DNA of 61,114 nucleotides, the filler included, from Pseudobdellovibrionaceae bacterium (GTDB lineage Bacteria; Bdellovibrionota; Bdellovibrionia; Bdellovibrionales; UBA1609), in NCBI GenBank assembly GCA_030591685.1. It is 3 parts of 3 records of this genome, joined end to end, with 100 filler letters (N's around TTAATTAATTAA, not from the genome) between each part and the next. Parts side by side here need not be neighbours in the genome. Positions count along the whole stretch, not along the records: positions 16,774 to 48,322 come from JAUVAX010000030.1; 2 more parts are not named here. One strand, written 5' to 3'. How positions within the stretch are numbered: the stretch's first letter is position 1; each line of letters opens with the position of its first letter. The translations under genes were made by a program, and so were the position numbers. Under the pieces are notes generated by a model, which worked only from the letters and a program-made list of their open reading frames with translations, was not told the origin of the DNA and made no database searches. Shown piece after piece: positions 29,201 to 40,449 of this stretch.

Positions 29201-30352
29201 AAAGAAGGTGACTCTGTAGAGCAGGGCGTGACTCTTGCTGAGTGGGACCCTTACTCAAACCCAATTATCTCTGAAATTTCAGGTAAAATTGTTTTTGAAA
29301 GTATTGATGAGGGTGTCACGATGACTGAGCAGGTGGATCCAGTAACTGGGTTCTCAACTAAGGTTATCATAGAGGCTAAGGGCCTTGATAATAAACCAAC
29401 CGTTTATATCAAAGATGCTGATGGTAACGAAATCATGTTACCAGGCCGTGATATCCCGGCAAGATATATAGTTCCTGTTGGAGCTCAGTTATTGGTTGAT
29501 AACAATGCCGACGTCCACTCGGGCGATGTCATTGCTAAAATGCATAGAGAAACCTCAAAAACTCGTGACATCACTGGTGGTTTGCCTCGTGTGGCTGAGC
29601 TCTTTGAGGCCAGAAAGTTAAAAGAAGCTTCTATTATTTCTGAAATAGATGGCTATGTAAACTTTGGTAAAGACGTCAAGGGTAAGCAAAGAGTTATTGT
29701 GACTCCTGAAATTGGGGATCAAAAAGAATACTTAATCCCTGGGGGTAAGCACATTGCTGTTCAAGAAGGTGAGTTTGTTAAAGCCGGTGAAGCACTGATG
29801 GATGGACCTACAAACCCTCACGACATTTTAAGGGTTTTAGGTGACAAAGAGCTGTCCGCTTACTTGGTGAACGAAATTCAAGAGGTCTATCGACTACAGG
29901 GTGTATCTATAGATGATCGACACATTGAGGTCATTGCCTGTCAAATGCTTAGAAAGGTACAAATCATTGACCCTGGTGACACCAAATTTTTAAACGAAGC
30001 CCAGATAGATAAGTTTCTCTTCGAAGAAGAAAACGAACGTGTCATTAATGAGGGTGGCCAGCCCGCAACGGCCGAGCCATTACTTTTAGGTATTACAAAG
30101 GTATCTTTAAGTACTGAGTCATGGATTTCAGCGGCGTCCTTTCAGGAGACAACAAAAGTTCTCACTGAGGCAGCGTTAAACTCTAAAATGGATAAATTAA
30201 GAGGCCTTAAAGAGAACATTATTATGGGTCGTTTAATCCCAGCAGGCACAGGGGTTCCAGCATATAAGCGCTGGAAGGTTCAGGTTGAAGAGCCCGAGCA
30301 GCAAGTATTTAGTACATTACCCGGGATGGGAGTTACGGCCCCCACCCCTTAA
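26228..30352 (+). CDS. rpoC: RNA polymerase beta' subunit
   Basis: N-terminal Zn ribbon, [18 protein letters not shown] start. Confidence 0.99.
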   Translation: MKDLLNFLDKPKDPLSFDGVRISLASPDMVRGWSFGEVKKPETINYRTFKPEREGLFCAKIFGPIKDYECLCGKYKRMKHRGVVCEKCGVEVTQSKVRRDRMGHIQLASPVAHIWFLRSLPSRIGNALDMTLKDVERILYCEAYVVVDPMETPLQENQILPEDAYQAALQEYGPNFKAGMGGEAVLQLLKKIDCEYLSRNLRIALKETKSESATKKLTKRLKVVEAIKNSVNKAEWMMLDVVPVIPPDLRPLVPLDGGRFATSDLNDLYRRVINRNNRLKRLQELNAPDIIIRNEKRMLQEAVDALLDNGRRGKTFTGPNRRPLRSLSDMLKGKQGRFRQNLLGKRVDYSGRSVIVVGPELKLHQCGIPKKMALELFKPFIYNKLEERGFASTIKQSKKLVEIEDDEVWDILADIVKEHPVMLNRAPTLHRLGIQAFEPVLHEGKAIRLHPLVCTAFNADFDGDQMAVHVPLSIEAQVEARVLMMSTNNVLSPASGKPIINPTQDIVLGCYWMTRVRPGAKGTGRVFSNINEVIYVYEQGYIELQAAIKVRLKGKLVETTVGRAIFSDIVPNEVPWSSVNKIMSKKELGNILDLSFRLAGAKATVILADKIMRLGFKYSTKAGISICLNDMVIPKSKESLIASTETEINEIRQQYDEGLITDGERYNKVVDVWAQTGDKVAKEMMNGLEKEKFNVDGKEVVAPSYNSIYVMADSGARGSAAQIRQLAGMRGLMAKPSGEIIEAAITANFREGLTVLQYFISTHGARKGLADTALKTANSGYLTRRLVDVAQDIIVTQTDCGTTDGMEVRSVFEGGEVIQPLTDRILGRTALEDIVNLDTQAVLVQANEEVDEDDIEAIKEAGVEVVKIRSALTCKARRGVCIKCYGRDLSRGATVNLGEAVGIIAAQSIGEPGTQLTMRTFHLGGTASRAVEQSSHVIRHAGILKFDGIMTVENSDGKLVVMNRNGNVLVLDSSGRERESLKMAYGAVINYKEGDSVEQGVTLAEWDPYSNPIISEISGKIVFESIDEGVTMTEQVDPVTGFSTKVIIEAKGLDNKPTVYIKDADGNEIMLPGRDIPARYIVPVGAQLLVDNNADVHSGDVIAKMHRETSKTRDITGGLPRVAELFEARKLKEASIISEIDGYVNFGKDVKGKQRVIVTPEIGDQKEYLIPGGKHIAVQEGEFVKAGEALMDGPTNPHDILRVLGDKELSAYLVNEIQEVYRLQGVSIDDRHIEVIACQMLRKVQIIDPGDTKFLNEAQIDKFLFEEENERVINEGGQPATAEPLLLGITKVSLSTESWISAASFQETTKVLTEAALNSKMDKLRGLKENIIMGRLIPAGTGVPAYKRWKVQVEEPEQQVFSTLPGMGVTAPTP

Positions 30353-30506
30353 AGAGCGAATTAAAGGGGTTTAGAGCGACGAAGACTCACTGTAAACCCT
30401 ATTTTTATTGAAAATACATATGAACTTATGGTTTTCAGTTGACGTGGCCACCCCTTGAGGGGTAATTTTCGGCAACTGATTTCAAAAATAATGGAGAGTG
30501 GTATCA

Positions 30507-30881
30507 ATGCCAACGATTAACCAGCTAATTAGAAGCGAACGAAAGCAACAAAAAGAAAAGTCAAAGTCTCCGGCTTTGACGAGCTGCCCTCAGCGAAGAG
30601 GTGTTTGTACCCGTGTGTTTACAACCACCCCTAAAAAACCAAACTCGGCACTAAGAAAAGTGGCAAGGGTGAGGTTATCAAATGGTTTTGAGGTCAACTC
30701 ATATATCCCAGGAATTGGTCATAACTTACAGGAGCATAGTGTGGTTTTAATACGTGGTGGTCGAGTTAAAGACTTACCGGGTGTTCGTTACCATGTAGTT
30801 CGTGGAGTGTTAGATACCCAAGGTGTAAATAATAGAGTTCGAAGTCGTTCAAAATACGGTACTAAAAGACCTAAAAAATAA
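30507..30881 (+). CDS. rpsL: 30S ribosomal protein S12
   Basis: [27 protein letters not shown]. Confidence 0.99.
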   Translation: MPTINQLIRSERKQQKEKSKSPALTSCPQRRGVCTRVFTTTPKKPNSALRKVARVRLSNGFEVNSYIPGIGHNLQEHSVVLIRGGRVKDLPGVRYHVVRGVLDTQGVNNRVRSRSKYGTKRPKK

Positions 30882-30903
30882 TTTAAAAAGGTAAGAAAAG
30901 CAT

Positions 30904-31377
30904 ATGTCTAGAAGAAAAGGAAACTACAAAAGAGAAGTCATTCCTGACCCTGTGTACAATGACGTTATTGTCTCAAAGTTCATTAATCGCCTTATGTTAG
31001 GTGGTAAAAAATCAACGGCTCAAGGTATTTTATACTCAGCTTTTGACGAACTTAAAATCAAAGCTCAGGGCGAAGAGGCTTTAACTGTTTTTAAAAAAGC
31101 GATTGATAACGTTAAGCCACAACTTGAGGTTCGCTCTCGACGTGTGGGTGGTGCCACTTACCAAGTGCCCGTTGACGTAAGGCCCTCAAGAAGACTTACT
31201 TTAGCTATGCGTTGGTTAGTTGAAAACTCTCGTAAGCGTGGCGAAAAAGAAATGTCACAACGTTTAGCCGCTGAGCTTTACGATGCTTTTAGTAACCGAG
31301 GCAATGCCGTCAAGAAAAAGGAAGACGTTCACCGTATGGCCGACGCCAACAAAGCCTTTTCGCACTACAACTGGTGA
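30904..31377 (+). CDS. rpsG: 30S ribosomal protein S7
   Basis: [11 protein letters not shown] and ANKAFSHY. Confidence 0.99.
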   Translation: MSRRKGNYKREVIPDPVYNDVIVSKFINRLMLGGKKSTAQGILYSAFDELKIKAQGEEALTVFKKAIDNVKPQLEVRSRRVGGATYQVPVDVRPSRRLTLAMRWLVENSRKRGEKEMSQRLAAELYDAFSNRGNAVKKKEDVHRMADANKAFSHYNW

Positions 31378-31400
31378 TTTGCATTTAATTTTTAATTTAA

Positions 31401-31433
31401 AAAGCCTCGTTCTAAGTACGGGGCTTTTTTTTT
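31401..31433 (+). terminator. Intrinsic terminator after rpsG
   Basis: GCCTCGT/ACGGGGC hairpin plus T9. Confidence 0.8.
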
Positions 31434-31450
31434 AATTAAAAGGGGGAGTT

Positions 31451-31753
31451 ATGAATCTATATTTAGTCCACTGTGGTTTTTATGATGATAATGTTTGCGG
31501 GGGGCTTTATGAGTCTCATGTGAACTACTTTGTCGTTTCTGAGGACTTTTCTGGAGCCCGAAGGTCCGTTAAAGAGATCCCTGAGTTTAAGTTAAAAAAA
31601 ATGCATGTAGATGGTTTACGGGAGATTAAGGCTGTGGGGGGTTATGCCATTGAGCTTAGCCCCGTAGCCAACCAAGAAACTGAAATAGTGAACTTTAAGC
31701 ATAGGGACATGGCGCCCAAAAAGCCGCAGGTCAGTCAGCCTGAGGTTAATTAG
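31451..31753 (+). CDS. DUF1543-like small protein
   Basis: LYLVHCGFYD, ESH...FVV, KMHVDG...I..VGGY pattern; strong SD. Confidence 0.7.
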   Translation: MNLYLVHCGFYDDNVCGGLYESHVNYFVVSEDFSGARRSVKEIPEFKLKKMHVDGLREIKAVGGYAIELSPVANQETEIVNFKHRDMAPKKPQVSQPEVN

Positions 31754-31955
31754 GCTTTATGCGAGTTGTAAGTTATTTGTCAGTAGCTAGAGGCCGCTCT
31801 AATTATGCCCCCTTGAGCGAGGCATTATTTAAGTATTTCTTTTTCGCGCCGCAAAGGGTTTGTTTTTCAAGTGATTCCGGTCATCTACAGGTTGTAACTG
31901 TTTAAGTTCTCAAGTATAAACCGTAAAAGAAGGTAATAGTTTTTTAAGTGGGCTT

Positions 31956-34061
31956 ATGGCAAATTCTCTAGGTATACAAACGGCTAACGATTTAAAGGTC
32001 ACCCGAAATATTGGGATCATGGCCCATATTGACGCGGGTAAAACAACAACGACAGAGCGTATTTTATATTATTCTGGTCGGGGCCATAAAATGGGCGAGG
32101 TGCATGATGGCGACGCCACCATGGACTGGATGGAGCAAGAGCAAGAGCGTGGAATCACAATCACCTCTGCGGCCACCACCTGCTTTTGGAACGACGTAAG
32201 GATCAATATCATAGACACCCCAGGGCATGTGGACTTCACCGTTGAGGTCGAAAGATCCCTCAGGGTTCTCGATGGCGCAGTGGCCGTTTTTGATGGTGTA
32301 AATGGTGTAGAGCCACAGTCTGAAACCGTCTGGAACCAAGCGAACCGCCACAAGGTCCCCCGTATCTGTTTTATAAATAAAATGGACCGAGTGGGCGTTG
32401 ATTACTTTATGAGTATTGCCACTATAAAAGATCGCTTGCAGGCGACGCCTGTCCCTATTCAAATCCCCATAGGGTCTGAAGACAAGTACAAGGGCCTCGT
32501 GGACCTTGTGACGATGAAGGCTTATACATGGGTGGGTGACGAAAAAGATAAAGGTGAAGAGTTTGAGACTTCAAAAATCCCCTCTAATCTTTTAGAGCAA
32601 GCCCAGTCGCAACGAGACAAGATGTTAGAGTCCATCTGTGAAGTCGACGACGCACTTATGGAAAAGTACCTCGAGGGCGAGCCTCTCTCTGAAGACGAAA
32701 TCCGTTCAGGCCTTCGAAAGGGCACGTTGTCGATGGCTTTTACACCGGTACTGTGTGGTTCGGCATTTAAAAACAAAGGGGTTCAGCCCCTTCTTGATGC
32801 CATAGTTTCTTATTTACCAAGCCCCATTGATGTAAAAGATGTTATTGGCAAGGACCCAAAAAAAGAAGACAAAGAAATTATTTGTAAAACTGATTTTGAT
32901 GAACCCACCGTGGCCCTCGCCTTTAAGGTCGTTAATGACCCTTTTGCAGGGACGCTCACATACATTCGCGTGTACTCAGGGGTTGTAAAAATGGGGGCCG
33001 CACTACTAAACCCTCGCCAAGATAAAAAAGAGCGCATACAAAAACTTGTAAAAATGCACGCCAACGCACGCGAAGAGGTTAAAGAGCTCAAGGCCGGCGA
33101 TATAGGTGCCGTCATTGGTTTTAAGTGTACAGCTACGGGGGATACCCTTTGTGATAATAAGCGCCCTGTGGTTTTAGAGAGTATTATTTTCCCGGAGCCC
33201 GTTATTGCCATGGCCATTGAGGCTAAATCGTCAGCAGAGCAAAAAAAGATGCTCGAAGCCCTTGAGCGTTTGCAACAAGAGGACCCCTCTTGTCGAGTAA
33301 AAGTAGACGCCGAAACAGGCCAAACGCTCCTGCAGGGTATGGGCGAATTGCATTTAGATATTTTAGTGGGCCGATTACTTATAGAGCATAAAATAAAAGC
33401 CAACGTGGGCAAGCCTCAGGTTTCTTATAGAGAGTCTATTACAAAATCAGCGACAGCCGAGTCTGTGTTTGAGCGTGAAGTGGGAGGGGCCATACAGTAT
33501 GGCCATTGTCGACTCTCAGTAGAGCCCCTAGGTAAAGGTGCTGGGCTACAGGTAGTGAGTGAGCTTGATAAAAAAGTGCTTAGCCCTGAGCTGATTACGG
33601 CCGTAAAAGAAGGGGCTCAAGAGTCCAGCGAAAACGGTGTTTTGGCTGGTTACCAAATGAGAGACATTAAAATAACAATTCATAGTGTGAAAATAAAAGA
33701 CGAAGGCCCTTCGGTGATGGCCTATAAAATTGCAGCCTCTCAGGCTTTTAGGGCGGCGGCGGCGCAGGCCAATGCTATTTTGTTAGAGCCTTTATTTAAT
33801 CTTGAAATAACAACCCCTGAAGAGTTTCTAGGTAACGTTATTGGTGATTTAAACTCAAGGCGCGGCAAGGTGGGTTCTATGGAGGCCAAGGGCTCCCTTC
33901 AGGTTGTTCGGGCCGAGGCGCCTTTAGTTAATCTTTTTGGTTACACAACAGACCTGAGGAGCGTCAGCCAAGGGCGAGCCAGTTTTAGCATGGATTTTTT
34001 AGAGTACTCGGCGGTTCCGGCCAAAAATCAGGCTGAAATCTTAAAAGGACTTGGTTTATAG
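31956..34061 (+). CDS. fusA: Elongation factor G (divergent domain IV)
   Basis: [23 protein letters not shown]; full five-domain length. Confidence 0.95.
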   Translation: MANSLGIQTANDLKVTRNIGIMAHIDAGKTTTTERILYYSGRGHKMGEVHDGDATMDWMEQEQERGITITSAATTCFWNDVRINIIDTPGHVDFTVEVERSLRVLDGAVAVFDGVNGVEPQSETVWNQANRHKVPRICFINKMDRVGVDYFMSIATIKDRLQATPVPIQIPIGSEDKYKGLVDLVTMKAYTWVGDEKDKGEEFETSKIPSNLLEQAQSQRDKMLESICEVDDALMEKYLEGEPLSEDEIRSGLRKGTLSMAFTPVLCGSAFKNKGVQPLLDAIVSYLPSPIDVKDVIGKDPKKEDKEIICKTDFDEPTVALAFKVVNDPFAGTLTYIRVYSGVVKMGAALLNPRQDKKERIQKLVKMHANAREEVKELKAGDIGAVIGFKCTATGDTLCDNKRPVVLESIIFPEPVIAMAIEAKSSAEQKKMLEALERLQQEDPSCRVKVDAETGQTLLQGMGELHLDILVGRLLIEHKIKANVGKPQVSYRESITKSATAESVFEREVGGAIQYGHCRLSVEPLGKGAGLQVVSELDKKVLSPELITAVKEGAQESSENGVLAGYQMRDIKITIHSVKIKDEGPSVMAYKIAASQAFRAAAAQANAILLEPLFNLEITTPEEFLGNVIGDLNSRRGKVGSMEAKGSLQVVRAEAPLVNLFGYTTDLRSVSQGRASFSMDFLEYSAVPAKNQAEILKGLGL

Positions 34062-34354
34062 TTTTTTTTACGATGTCTCAAAGCGCGGGGTTCTTTTTTT
34101 AGGCCAAAACACCTGCTAAGCACTTGAAAACAAAGAGTTATAGGCATTTTTTAAGGGCCCAAGTCAGGGCTCACGGCAAAGGCCTTAATTTTGGCCTTAA
34201 GGGGGTTCGGCCCCGGCTTTTTTAAGTTTAAGTTCAGACACCCAGTTTTGCAGTGCAATAAAGCATAAATTCATTAGTCACACCCCCCTATGGGTGATAG
34301 CAAGAGGAGCACATTTTCGTGTTTAGGAAAATTATAGAAAAGCAAGTTTTCCTT

Positions 34355-34384
34355 TTGACAGAGCCTAAGCTAGCGTTGCATACT
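34355..34384 (+). promoter_or_regulatory. Putative sigma70 promoter of the S10 operon
   Basis: TTGACA-N18-CATACT. Confidence 0.55.
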
Positions 34385-34530
34385 CGCCAACTTGTAACAC
34401 TTAGCCCCTGTGTCCCTAACCTCAAAAGTCGCCTAAATAAGGGCGAAACTACGGGGAGAATGGCTCAGTAAAGGTTTTTTAGTGCCTTGACGAAAATTTA
34501 ATTGGCGAATTAACGAAGTGAGTGAGAGAT

Positions 34531-34848
34531 ATGCAGAGTCAGAAAATAAGAATCAGGTTAAGAGCGTTTGACCACAAACTTCTCGATCAATCTACAAAAG
34601 AGATTGTCGAAACAGCCCGTCGCACAGGTGCTAGCATCGCGGGCCCAATACCATTGCCGACAAAAATTAATAAATTTACGGTCCTCAGGTCTCCTCACGT
34701 AGATAAAAAAGCTCGTGAACAGTTTGAAATCCGTACACATAAAAGATTGCTTGATATTTTAGAGCCCACGCAACAAACCATTGATCAGCTAATGAAGTTA
34801 GACTTATCAGCCGGTGTGGATGTCGAAATTAAATTAACAGGCGCATGA
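34531..34848 (+). CDS. rpsJ: 30S ribosomal protein S10
   Basis: [27 protein letters not shown]. Confidence 0.98.
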   Translation: MQSQKIRIRLRAFDHKLLDQSTKEIVETARRTGASIAGPIPLPTKINKFTVLRSPHVDKKAREQFEIRTHKRLLDILEPTQQTIDQLMKLDLSAGVDVEIKLTGA

Positions 34849-34864
34849 TTTTAGGAGTCATTAA

Positions 34865-35545
34865 ATGAGTGAAGAACAAACAACTAAAGAGCCACCAAAA
34901 GAAGCTGAAAGCTCTGAGCTAAAGCTTGACGGGATCTATGCCTTCAAAGCAGGTATGTCCGCAGTGTACAACGAAGCCGGAGAATCCATACCAGTTACGG
35001 TATTAAGGTATGAGCCCTGGATAGTCAGTCAGTTAAAAACAAAAGAGTCCGATGGCTACTCGGCTGTACAAATAGCCTGTCGACCTAAAAAAGTATCTCG
35101 CACCTCTAAGGCTCAAAAAAGTCATTTAAAACAAGCCGGTTTTGAAAACGGCGCTTACTTTGTGCGCGAAGTTCGCTGTGAACTCCCCGAGGGTGTAGAC
35201 GTTGGGCAAAAAGTATCTATTAATTCTGTTACTGCAGGTGACACTGTAAGGTTAACTTCAAAATCAAAGGGTCGTGGTTTCACTGGCGTTATGAAACGGC
35301 ATGGTTTTGCCGGCGGACCAGCCAGTCACGGGTCGGGCTTTCATCGTCGACCAGGTTCGATTGGTAACTGTGAGTTCCCTGGGCGTGTAATGCCTGGTCG
35401 TAAAATGCCTGGTCAGTTTGGTAACGTAGTCGTTACAGTAAAAAATGTTAAAATTGTAGAAATTATCCCTGAAGAAAACGTTATATTAGTAAAAGGCCCT
35501 GTGCCCGGAGCTAAAAATAATATTGTAAAAATAGTGAAGGCGTAA
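34865..35545 (+). CDS. rplC: 50S ribosomal protein L3
   Basis: SKGRGFTGVMKRH and HRRPGSIG. Confidence 0.97.
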   Translation: MSEEQTTKEPPKEAESSELKLDGIYAFKAGMSAVYNEAGESIPVTVLRYEPWIVSQLKTKESDGYSAVQIACRPKKVSRTSKAQKSHLKQAGFENGAYFVREVRCELPEGVDVGQKVSINSVTAGDTVRLTSKSKGRGFTGVMKRHGFAGGPASHGSGFHRRPGSIGNCEFPGRVMPGRKMPGQFGNVVVTVKNVKIVEIIPEENVILVKGPVPGAKNNIVKIVKA

Positions 35546-35547
35546 CT

Positions 35548-36174
35548 ATGGCAACGGTAGAAGTTTTAAACTGGCAAAATAAAAAAGTAGATACCATCGA
35601 GCTGAGCTCTGATATTTTCGAAGCCCCTGTACGAAAAGACATTTTGCACACAGTTGTAAGATGGCAGTTAGCCTGTAAAAGGCAAGGGACTCATAAGGCG
35701 AAAACTCGCGGTGAAGTCAGAGGCGGCGGTCGAAAGCCCTATAAGCAAAAGGGTACAGGTAATGCAAGGCAGGGGTCTATAAGATCTCCGTTAAAAGCAG
35801 GTGGTGGTGTTATATTTGGGCCCACTCCTAGGGACTATTCTTTTCAGTTGCCTAAAAAATTAAAAAGACAAGCTTTGCGCTCGGCACTTTCGTACTTATT
35901 AAAAAGTGACAAGTTAAAAATTGTTGAAGACATGAAGTCCGAAGAGGGCAAAACAAACGAATTAGCTAAAAGGCTCAAGGGCTTTGGTGCTAACAAAAGT
36001 TTGTTAGTTGATGTGGGCGTTAACTCGGTATTTAAAAGAGCCGCCAATAATTTAATCGGTTACCAGTACACACCTGTTATCGGTTTAAACGTTTATGACA
36101 TGTTAAAATACGATCACCTAATTGTGACTAAAAGCTCCATTCAGGGGATCCAAGAAAGATGTGGGGTCAATTAA
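35548..36174 (+). CDS. rplD: 50S ribosomal protein L4
   Basis: KPYKQKGTGNARQGS. Confidence 0.97.
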   Translation: MATVEVLNWQNKKVDTIELSSDIFEAPVRKDILHTVVRWQLACKRQGTHKAKTRGEVRGGGRKPYKQKGTGNARQGSIRSPLKAGGGVIFGPTPRDYSFQLPKKLKRQALRSALSYLLKSDKLKIVEDMKSEEGKTNELAKRLKGFGANKSLLVDVGVNSVFKRAANNLIGYQYTPVIGLNVYDMLKYDHLIVTKSSIQGIQERCGVN

Positions 36175-36175
36175 A

Positions 36176-36454
36176 ATGTTAAGCGTAATTAAAAAGCCAC
36201 TTATTTCTGAAAAAAACAGCCTACTTGCTGAGTTCAGCACCTACGCTTTTGAGGTCGATAAAATGGCCACAAAAACCGAAGTTAAACAAGCTGTAGAAAA
36301 GCTATTCAGAGTAAAAGTAAGCTCTGTAAACACACAAGTTTGTCGCAATCGTTCTCGTCGTAACAAGGGCGGGCAAAGTAAAGTTCGTTACTGGAAAAAG
36401 GCTTTAGTTAAGCTTGCAGACGGCGAAAAAATAGCCATTTTTGAGGGAGCATAA
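36176..36454 (+). CDS. rplW: 50S ribosomal protein L23
   Basis: PLISEK and WKKALVKL; synteny. Confidence 0.95.
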   Translation: MLSVIKKPLISEKNSLLAEFSTYAFEVDKMATKTEVKQAVEKLFRVKVSSVNTQVCRNRSRRNKGGQSKVRYWKKALVKLADGEKIAIFEGA

Positions 36455-36457
36455 TCA

Positions 36458-37285
36458 ATGGGTGTAAAAACATATAAGCCGCGTAGCCCGAGTCGACGTA
36501 ATATGACGGGTGCTGATTTTAAAGAGATCACAAAATCAACACCAGAAAAGTCATTAACTACAGAACTTAGAAAAAAGGGCGCTCGTAACAACTTCGGCAG
36601 AATCACAATGCGCCACCACGGTGGGGGCCATAAGCGTCGTTATCGAATTATTGATTTTTTAAGAACTAAGCTTGAGATACCGGCAAAGGTCTCTTCTATT
36701 GAGTACGACCCTAACCGCAGTTGTCGAATTGCTTTATTAACTTATATTGATGGTGAAAAAAGCTACATCGTAGCCCCTGTGGGCTTAAACGTTGGTGATA
36801 CGGTTGTTTCAAGTGAAAAAGCCGACATCACCCCGGGTAACAGCTTATTACTTAAAGATCTCCCAACGGGTACAACAATTCATAATATCGAATTGCGACC
36901 TGGTAAGGGTGGGCAGTTGGCAAGAGGGGCTGGATCATCAGCTGTTCTTGTTGCAAAATTAGGGCGCTATTCACAGGTGAAGTTACCTTCTGGCGAAGTC
37001 AGACAGGTGCTTTCTGTATGTAGAGCCACTGTTGGTCAAGTTGGTAACACGGACCACGAAAATATAAAAATTGGTAAAGCTGGTCGTACCCGCTGGAAGG
37101 GCAAACGCCCGAAAGTTCGTGGTATGTGCATGAACCCAATCGATCACCCTTGTGGTGGTGGTGAAGGGCGAGGCAAGGGTAACCACCCAATGACTCCATG
37201 GGGTAAACCATGTAAGGGTCATAAAACTCGTAAAAACAGAAGAACTGATGCAATGATCGTAAAAAGACGCAGTAGCAAAAAATAG
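36458..37285 (+). CDS. rplB: 50S ribosomal protein L2
   Basis: IEYDPNRS and [13 protein letters not shown]. Confidence 0.98.
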   Translation: MGVKTYKPRSPSRRNMTGADFKEITKSTPEKSLTTELRKKGARNNFGRITMRHHGGGHKRRYRIIDFLRTKLEIPAKVSSIEYDPNRSCRIALLTYIDGEKSYIVAPVGLNVGDTVVSSEKADITPGNSLLLKDLPTGTTIHNIELRPGKGGQLARGAGSSAVLVAKLGRYSQVKLPSGEVRQVLSVCRATVGQVGNTDHENIKIGKAGRTRWKGKRPKVRGMCMNPIDHPCGGGEGRGKGNHPMTPWGKPCKGHKTRKNRRTDAMIVKRRSSKK

Positions 37286-37300
37286 TAAGGGAGTAATAAA

Positions 37301-37582
37301 ATGGCTCGTTCCATAAAAAAAGGTCCATTTATAGACCATCATCTTTTTGCAAAAGTCCAAAAGGCTCTTGAGACAGGTGATAAAAAAGTAATTAAAACAT
37401 GGTCAAGAAGATCAACTATATTTCCTGACTCTGTGGGTTTAACTTTTGCGGTACATAACGGCAAAAAATTTATTCCTGTTCACGTGAATGAAAATATGAT
37501 CGGTCAAAAACTTGGTGAGTTCTCTTTAACAAGAAACTACAACGGCCATGGTGATAAAAAAACTAAAGGCGCTAAAAGGTAA
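37301..37582 (+). CDS. rpsS: 30S ribosomal protein S19
   Basis: RSIKKGPF and KTWSRRS. Confidence 0.98.
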   Translation: MARSIKKGPFIDHHLFAKVQKALETGDKKVIKTWSRRSTIFPDSVGLTFAVHNGKKFIPVHVNENMIGQKLGEFSLTRNYNGHGDKKTKGAKR

Positions 37583-37598
37583 TTTAAGAGGTTAATTT

Positions 37599-37931
37599 AT
37601 GGAAGTCACAGCTAAACTAAAAAACGTTCGAGTCGGCACCCAAAAGGCCCGTCTTGTAGCAGATGCAATCAGAGGTAAAAACGTGAATGAAGCCATTCGC
37701 ATTTTGACCTTTATGAAGAAGAAGTCGGCAGTTCTATTAAAAAAATTAGTAGAGTCCGCCGTGGCCAATGCCGAGCAAAAAAAGGTCATCGACATTGATA
37801 ACTTATTTATTAAAAAAATAACTGTAGACCAGGCGCCTAATTTAAAAAGAATTCAGCCGCGGGCTCAAGGCCGGGCTTTTGTTGTTAAAAAACGACAAAG
37901 TCACGTTAACGTAGTTTTAGACGAAAGATAA
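37599..37931 (+). CDS. rplV: 50S ribosomal protein L22
   Basis: KARLVADAIRG and PRAQGRA. Confidence 0.97.
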   Translation: MEVTAKLKNVRVGTQKARLVADAIRGKNVNEAIRILTFMKKKSAVLLKKLVESAVANAEQKKVIDIDNLFIKKITVDQAPNLKRIQPRAQGRAFVVKKRQSHVNVVLDER

Positions 37932-37943
37932 AAGAGGTAATTC

Positions 37944-38609
37944 GTGGGACAAAAGGTAAATCCAATAGGCTTCAGAGTTGGAGTAATTAGAACATGGGAC
38001 TCTCGTTGGTATGCGAAGGGGCCTTTGTACATCAGCAACTTACATGAAGATTTTAAACTTAGAAACTACATAAAAACTAAGCTCAAGCACGCCGGTGTTT
38101 CAAAAGTTGAAATGGAAAGAGCGGCCAATAAAATTAAAATCATTATATCTACAGCTCGTCCCGGAGTCGTTATTGGTAAAAAGGGTGCTGGCATAGACAC
38201 TCTTAAAGTAGATTTACAAAAAATGACCCCTAACGAAGTATTTGTAAACATACAAGAAGTTAGAAAACCCGATCTAGACGCTCAATTGGTGGCCGAAAAC
38301 ATAGCCATGCAACTTGAAAAGCGTATTTCATGGAGACGGGCTTTGAAAAAAGCCATCGCAGCTTCAGTACGAAGTGGTGTTCGCGGTATTAAGGTAAAAG
38401 TTTCTGGCCGTTTAGATGGCGCTGAAATTGCTCGTTCTGAGTGGTACACCGAAAAGTCAGTCCCTCTTCATACGCTAAGGGCCGACATAGATTACGGAAC
38501 AGCAAGAGCACAAACCACATACGGTGTTATTGGTTTAAAAGTGTGGGTATACAAAGGTGATGTATTAACTAAGCGTGAATTTGAGGAGTCCGGTCATGCT
38601 CAGTCCTAA
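37944..38609 (+). CDS. rpsC: 30S ribosomal protein S3
   Basis: [10 protein letters not shown] and [11 protein letters not shown]. Confidence 0.98.
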   Translation: MGQKVNPIGFRVGVIRTWDSRWYAKGPLYISNLHEDFKLRNYIKTKLKHAGVSKVEMERAANKIKIIISTARPGVVIGKKGAGIDTLKVDLQKMTPNEVFVNIQEVRKPDLDAQLVAENIAMQLEKRISWRRALKKAIAASVRSGVRGIKVKVSGRLDGAEIARSEWYTEKSVPLHTLRADIDYGTARAQTTYGVIGLKVWVYKGDVLTKREFEESGHAQS

Positions 38610-39003
38610 AAGAATAAAATGGCGAAAACAGCATCGACCTAAAACTGGTGGTTATGCGACTCGCGGTAATAAAATAAATTTTGGTGATTTTGCACTAGTG
38701 GCTGCAAGTCCGGGTAGATTAACATCACGACAAATCGAATCGGGTCGTATTGCGATCAGTAGATCTGTTAAACGTGGTGGTAAAATGTGGATCCGTATAT
38801 TTCCTGATCGACCGATCACAAAAAAGCCTGCCGAAACTCGAATGGGCTCTGGTAAAGGGAGTTTAGAGTATTGGGTGGCTAACGTTGAGCCGGGCAGAAT
38901 ATTATTTGAAATTAATGGTGTAACTCGTGAGCAGGCTGAAGATGCGTTTCGTTTGGCTTCACATAAGTTCCCTGTAAAAACAAAGTTTTTGGCTCGGGAG
39001 TAG
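38596..39003 (+). CDS. rplP: 50S ribosomal protein L16
   Basis: MLSPKR and [12 protein letters not shown]. Confidence 0.97.
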   Translation: MLSPKRIKWRKQHRPKTGGYATRGNKINFGDFALVAASPGRLTSRQIESGRIAISRSVKRGGKMWIRIFPDRPITKKPAETRMGSGKGSLEYWVANVEPGRILFEINGVTREQAEDAFRLASHKFPVKTKFLARE

Positions 39004-39007
39004 CGGC

Positions 39008-39199
39008 ATGAAATTTAGTGATATTAAAGATTTAACAGTAGAAGAGTTACGAAAAAAAATGGTCACCATGAAGACCGAGTATTTTGAAGTAAAAATGAAG
39101 CATTGCTTAGGCCAAGTAAATAACCCTCTTGAAATACGAAAAGTAAGAAGAGGCATGGCCAGAGTAAAAACAGCATTAAACCAAAAGTTATCTAAGTAA
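39008..39199 (+). CDS. rpmC: 50S ribosomal protein L29
   Basis: Size, IRKVRRGMARVKT, synteny. Confidence 0.93.
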   Translation: MKFSDIKDLTVEELRKKMVTMKTEYFEVKMKHCLGQVNNPLEIRKVRRGMARVKTALNQKLSK

Positions 39200-39218
39200 T
39201 TGATAAAGGATAATTAAG

Positions 39219-39479
39219 ATGAGTGAATTAGAACAAAAAACCAGAGGACGCTTAAACACGGTTGTAGGCCAGGTTGTGAGCGATAAAATGGATAAAACCA
39301 TATCTGTTAAAATATACAGACTTGTTAAGCATGAAAAGTACGGCAAATACATCCGTAAGAGTTCTGTATTTAAGGCTCACGACGAAGCGAACAAAGCTAA
39401 AGAAGGCGATAAAGTAAAAATATACGAAACCAGAGCTTTAAGTAAAACAAAGCGCTGGAAGTTAATGGAAGTTTTATAA
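39219..39479 (+). CDS. rpsQ: 30S ribosomal protein S17
   Basis: GQVVSDKMDKT and ETRALSKTKRW. Confidence 0.97.
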   Translation: MSELEQKTRGRLNTVVGQVVSDKMDKTISVKIYRLVKHEKYGKYIRKSSVFKAHDEANKAKEGDKVKIYETRALSKTKRWKLMEVL

Positions 39480-39512
39480 AAAGCTAATAAAGCTTTTAAA
39501 AAGGATTAAGCA

Positions 39513-39881
39513 ATGGTTCAAATGCAATCAAAACTTAAAGTGGCTGATAACTCAGGGGCAAAACTTGTACAGTGTATAAAGGTCCTTGGGGGTTCAAAAA
39601 GACGAACAGCCTCGGTGGGTGATGTTATAGTGGTTTCGATAAAAGATGCTTTACCTAATTCAAAGGTAAAAAAAGGTGACGTTGCTAAAGCTGTGGTTGT
39701 TCGCACTAAAAAAGCAATTCGACGCAAAGACGGCAGCTGGATTAAGTTTGACGAAAACTCAGCTGTATTAATTAACGCTAACAAAGAGCCCGTAGGTACA
39801 CGTATTTTTGGACCTGTAGCTCGTGAGTTAAGAGCCCGGAAGTTTGTGAAAATAGTTTCACTAGCTCCTGAAGTTTTATAA
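39513..39881 (+). CDS. rplN: 50S ribosomal protein L14
   Basis: [27 protein letters not shown]. Confidence 0.98.
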   Translation: MVQMQSKLKVADNSGAKLVQCIKVLGGSKRRTASVGDVIVVSIKDALPNSKVKKGDVAKAVVVRTKKAIRRKDGSWIKFDENSAVLINANKEPVGTRIFGPVARELRARKFVKIVSLAPEVL

Positions 39882-39904
39882 TTTAGCTAAGCTGGAGACG
39901 CTAA

Positions 39905-40444
39905 GTGACACATTTAGAAGATAAATATAAAAAAGAAATAGTTCAGAGCTTGAAAAAGCAATTGAGCTTGGGCTCTACAATGGAAGTCCCAAAGCTTGAA
40001 AAAATTGTTTTAAGCGTTTGTACTTCCGAAGCGGTTAAAAACCCTAAACTACTAAACAATGTAGTTGAAGAGTTAACAGCAATGAGCGGTCAAAGAGCGG
40101 TCATTACAAAATCGCGCAAAGCCATTGCGAACTTTAAACTGAGGGAGAACATGCCCCTTGGTGCAATGGTCACTCTGAGAAAAGACCGTATGTGGTCATT
40201 TCTAGAGCGACTTGTGCATATCACGATCCCTCGTGTTCGAGATTTCAGAGGGCTAAAGCCAAATGGCTTTGATGGTCGTGGTAATTACAATATGGGTCTT
40301 AAAGAACAAATCGTATTCCCTGAAATCGATTACGATAGAGTTGATAAGGTAAGAGGATTAAACATAACAATCTGTACATCCGCTAAAAGTGATGTACATG
40401 GTAAAGCCCTTTTGGAAACACTTGGTGTTCCGTTTAGGAAGTAG
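39905..40444 (+). CDS. rplE: 50S ribosomal protein L5
   Basis: PRVRDFRG, FDGRGNY, EQIVFPEI. Confidence 0.98.
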   Translation: MTHLEDKYKKEIVQSLKKQLSLGSTMEVPKLEKIVLSVCTSEAVKNPKLLNNVVEELTAMSGQRAVITKSRKAIANFKLRENMPLGAMVTLRKDRMWSFLERLVHITIPRVRDFRGLKPNGFDGRGNYNMGLKEQIVFPEIDYDRVDKVRGLNITICTSAKSDVHGKALLETLGVPFRK

Positions 40445-40449
40445 GTTAC

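Noticed and set aside
34384..34508. Long-range TCGCCAA/TTGGCGA pairing closing the S10 leader
   Set aside because: The 5' arm overlaps the -10/discriminator region and would lie upstream of the predicted transcription start.
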